A stretch of DNA of 64,000 nucleotides from positions 19,284,001 to 19,348,000 of the forward strand of contig CM052817.1 of the NCBI GenBank assembly GCA_028534125.1, given 5' to 3'. A model generated the notes under the pieces. It was given only the letters and a program-made list of their open reading frames with translations. It was not told where the DNA came from and did no database searches. Source of the DNA: Lama glama. Taxonomy: Eukaryota. Position numbers and translations under genes: made by a program. This document shows, piece after piece, positions 61,613 through 64,000 of the stretch. The first letter of the stretch is position 1. Every line of letters starts with the position of its first letter.

Positions 61613-64000
61613 CTTAACCTCTTAGTGTAAATAACTGAATTGGTACCGTTAATATCTACTAAGAATGAGGTGTTAAAACTTTTTTCTGTATAAATGTAAT
61701 TGGAGGAATTTATATTAAAATATCAAACTCCACATCCCTAAAGATTATAATCTAGTAAAAGTAGATGGAATTTGCAAATTAACAATTATCTCAAGTGATT
61801 CTGTTCAAGGACTATTTTGAGAAAAGACCTGATTAGTGGGATGAGAAGGGAAAAGGAATGAAGGGAAAAGTAATGAAAGGAAAAGGGCAAGAAAGAAACA
61901 AAATATACATCTAAACGTAGCTAAATATAGGTCAGTTAGTCCACAATTTTCCAAAATATGGATTTTAATTCCTTTAATGTCTCTGAGATGATGCATTGTT
62001 TTACATTGTGACCTAAATAATTAGAAAAATGATCAATATAATCCTATTGCTACTGCATGCAGGTGTAATTGAAAATTTTTTTCAAATGCATAATTTTGAT
62101 TAGATTAATCAATCTAGAAGACAATTGCATAAAATGAATTAACATAATTTTTGAAAAAACATTGTCTATACAGAATTTAAAATAAGAATATCACTTAATA
62201 AAAATTATCCTTAAAAATGTCTTAAATCACCTATAAAATAAAGTTTGTACACTTATAAAGCCCTGAAAGCAATAAGACATAGTGTATAATAAAGATACTT
62301 ATGCAAAGTATAATTCTGCAACCATGATTAAGTTCCCCACAGCTCCCAGCACCCCCTCTCTTCCTTTCTCTCTCTTCCCCTCCACCCTCATTTTCATTAA
62401 GTCCAAAATTGTGTCAATTAGACACAGGCTGTTATTAGGGACCCTAGTCTAGTAATTTACTCCCTCAGAGTATGTGTCCTCATTTAAAAAAAAAAAAAAA
62501 AGGCACTTTGTGAGAACATTGCTCATATTTTAAATGTTTGTATCTTTTCTCTCTCTTCTCAACACTTTCCTCTGTGTATATACACATAGATACACACACA
62601 CATATCTGCATGCAACTAATATACTTTGATGTTGACCTCACGCATCTAGAATGATTATATGTTTTATGCAATTTCAGTAGATTCACATATTAAGATAATT
62701 CACTACTTTAGGTAGTCATAATCATCCCATAACTATGCCACCATCCCCATTATGACATGCAGATATTTGTATACTGCTGAACAGCAAAATAAGTATTCTG
62801 ATCTTGTATTTTACATACCTCAGAAAACAAAATCTACTAATACAAACTTAGGTTTATTATTTTGGATCTAATAACTGACAAGATGAGATCATCTTTCTTC
62901 CAGTCCAAAAATTTAATGCCTTCTTTGAGAAATAGAACAGCTCTGACACCAGCACAAGCATGTCTACTAAATTTGCAAATAAATCTAGAAATAGTTAGTA
63001 TTAATAAGCTGCTTCTGTCTCTACTGTAAAAGTTGAAAAAAAATTAACAATATAGTATTGACAAGAGAAATACAGCAAAAAGTATGTAATAAATGTAAAT
63101 CTGTTACATTAGCTACACTGTTGAACAGGTATAGAATAAATAAAGTAATGTAAACTTCTTGTAATTTGTTCTGTAGATTACGGTGTATGTAATTTTTACT
63201 CACCAAGGCCAGACTCTAACTTCATTATATTTATGAAAAAGGTCTCTGGCCAATTTAGTGTTAGATATTGCCAGTTTACCCAAATAGAATTTGACATGGC
63301 CAGTTTACAAGAATATTATAACTTTCAATAAAGTACATTTTAGACAAATAGATATTTCACAAACTACAGTCTTGGCTGATGTTTTGCTAGGTGGGCTCAT
63401 GTGCAGAAGATATTCTGCACTCTGAGCACATTAAGAGTATATCCCTGCATAAGGGGTGAAATGTTGGAGTCATTAAAATTTAAAGAGTGTAATTCTAGGG
63501 GAAAATAAGGAAAGAGAATTGAAAGGAAAGTTGGAGATGGAGTAATTTAGAAAAATTTTCTCTCCTTTTTATTATTCCTTAATTTTTTTCTGTTTCATCT
63601 CCATCTTCAAAACATACTCACTGAGGCGTGCTTCAGTAGGCTGAGGATCAATTAAAGTACATGACATTGAGGAATGAATACCCTACAGAGTTGGCTCTAT
63701 CTCAAGGTGCATTTCCTTGTTAGAAGAGGCAATATCTTTAATCCAGTGTCTTTGGGACATCCAGTGTCCTTTTAATTCAGTGTCCCTCGCATCACTCTTC
63801 TGTCACTCGGCCAATCTTTCCCTTACACACATACGCACATACTAAATATTACCTACAATACTAGTTCTACCAACAAGTCACTAATGTTAACCAGTATCAG
63901 TTCTGGTTATGGGTAAATGCTAACCAGTACTGGTTCTGGCTCAGGTTAGGCATCTCAAAAGCTGTCTAATCTTCCTAACCTCAGGGTTCAGTTAAACACA

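Noticed and set aside
1..64000. Prokaryotic systems (CRISPR arrays, operons, defence loci)
   Set aside because: The sequence is mammalian and repeat-rich, with no repeat-spacer array or dense coding structure.

Overview
This is AT-rich mammalian non-coding DNA, an intergenic region or large intron. It is most likely camelid, because it carries a Vic-1-type tRNA-derived SINE and cetartiodactyl/camelid-style L1 3' ends. I cannot support any intact host protein-coding gene; every recognisable ORF is a LINE-1 remnant. The window is a mosaic of young and old L1, L2, MIR, HAL1, MaLR/ERVL/ERV1 LTRs and hAT DNA transposons, interleaved with repeat-free blocks that look like cis-regulatory elements: an orphan CpG island at ~7.5-8.0 kb, a PBX/HOX/MEIS motif cluster at ~18.2 kb and a tandem-octamer block at ~43.2 kb. 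The most notable structure is at 19411-22891. It is a ~3 kb L1 with full 5'UTR and ORF1 but nearly all of ORF2 deleted. Two successive polyadenylated 3'-transduced segments follow it (the second LTR-derived), and the whole unit sits inside one 9-bp target-site duplication. It is a candidate non-autonomous, ORF1-only L1 lineage that has shuffled sequence serially. Other mechanistic footprints are two twin-primed inverted L1s, a poly(A)-only insertion with a 14-bp TSD, a tail-less L1 fragment inside a MIR, a templated insertion at a deletion junction, and a MER41-like solo LTR with a STAT-type motif. Repeat family names come from my recall of consensus sequences, not from a search, and the boundaries of old repeats are approximate.
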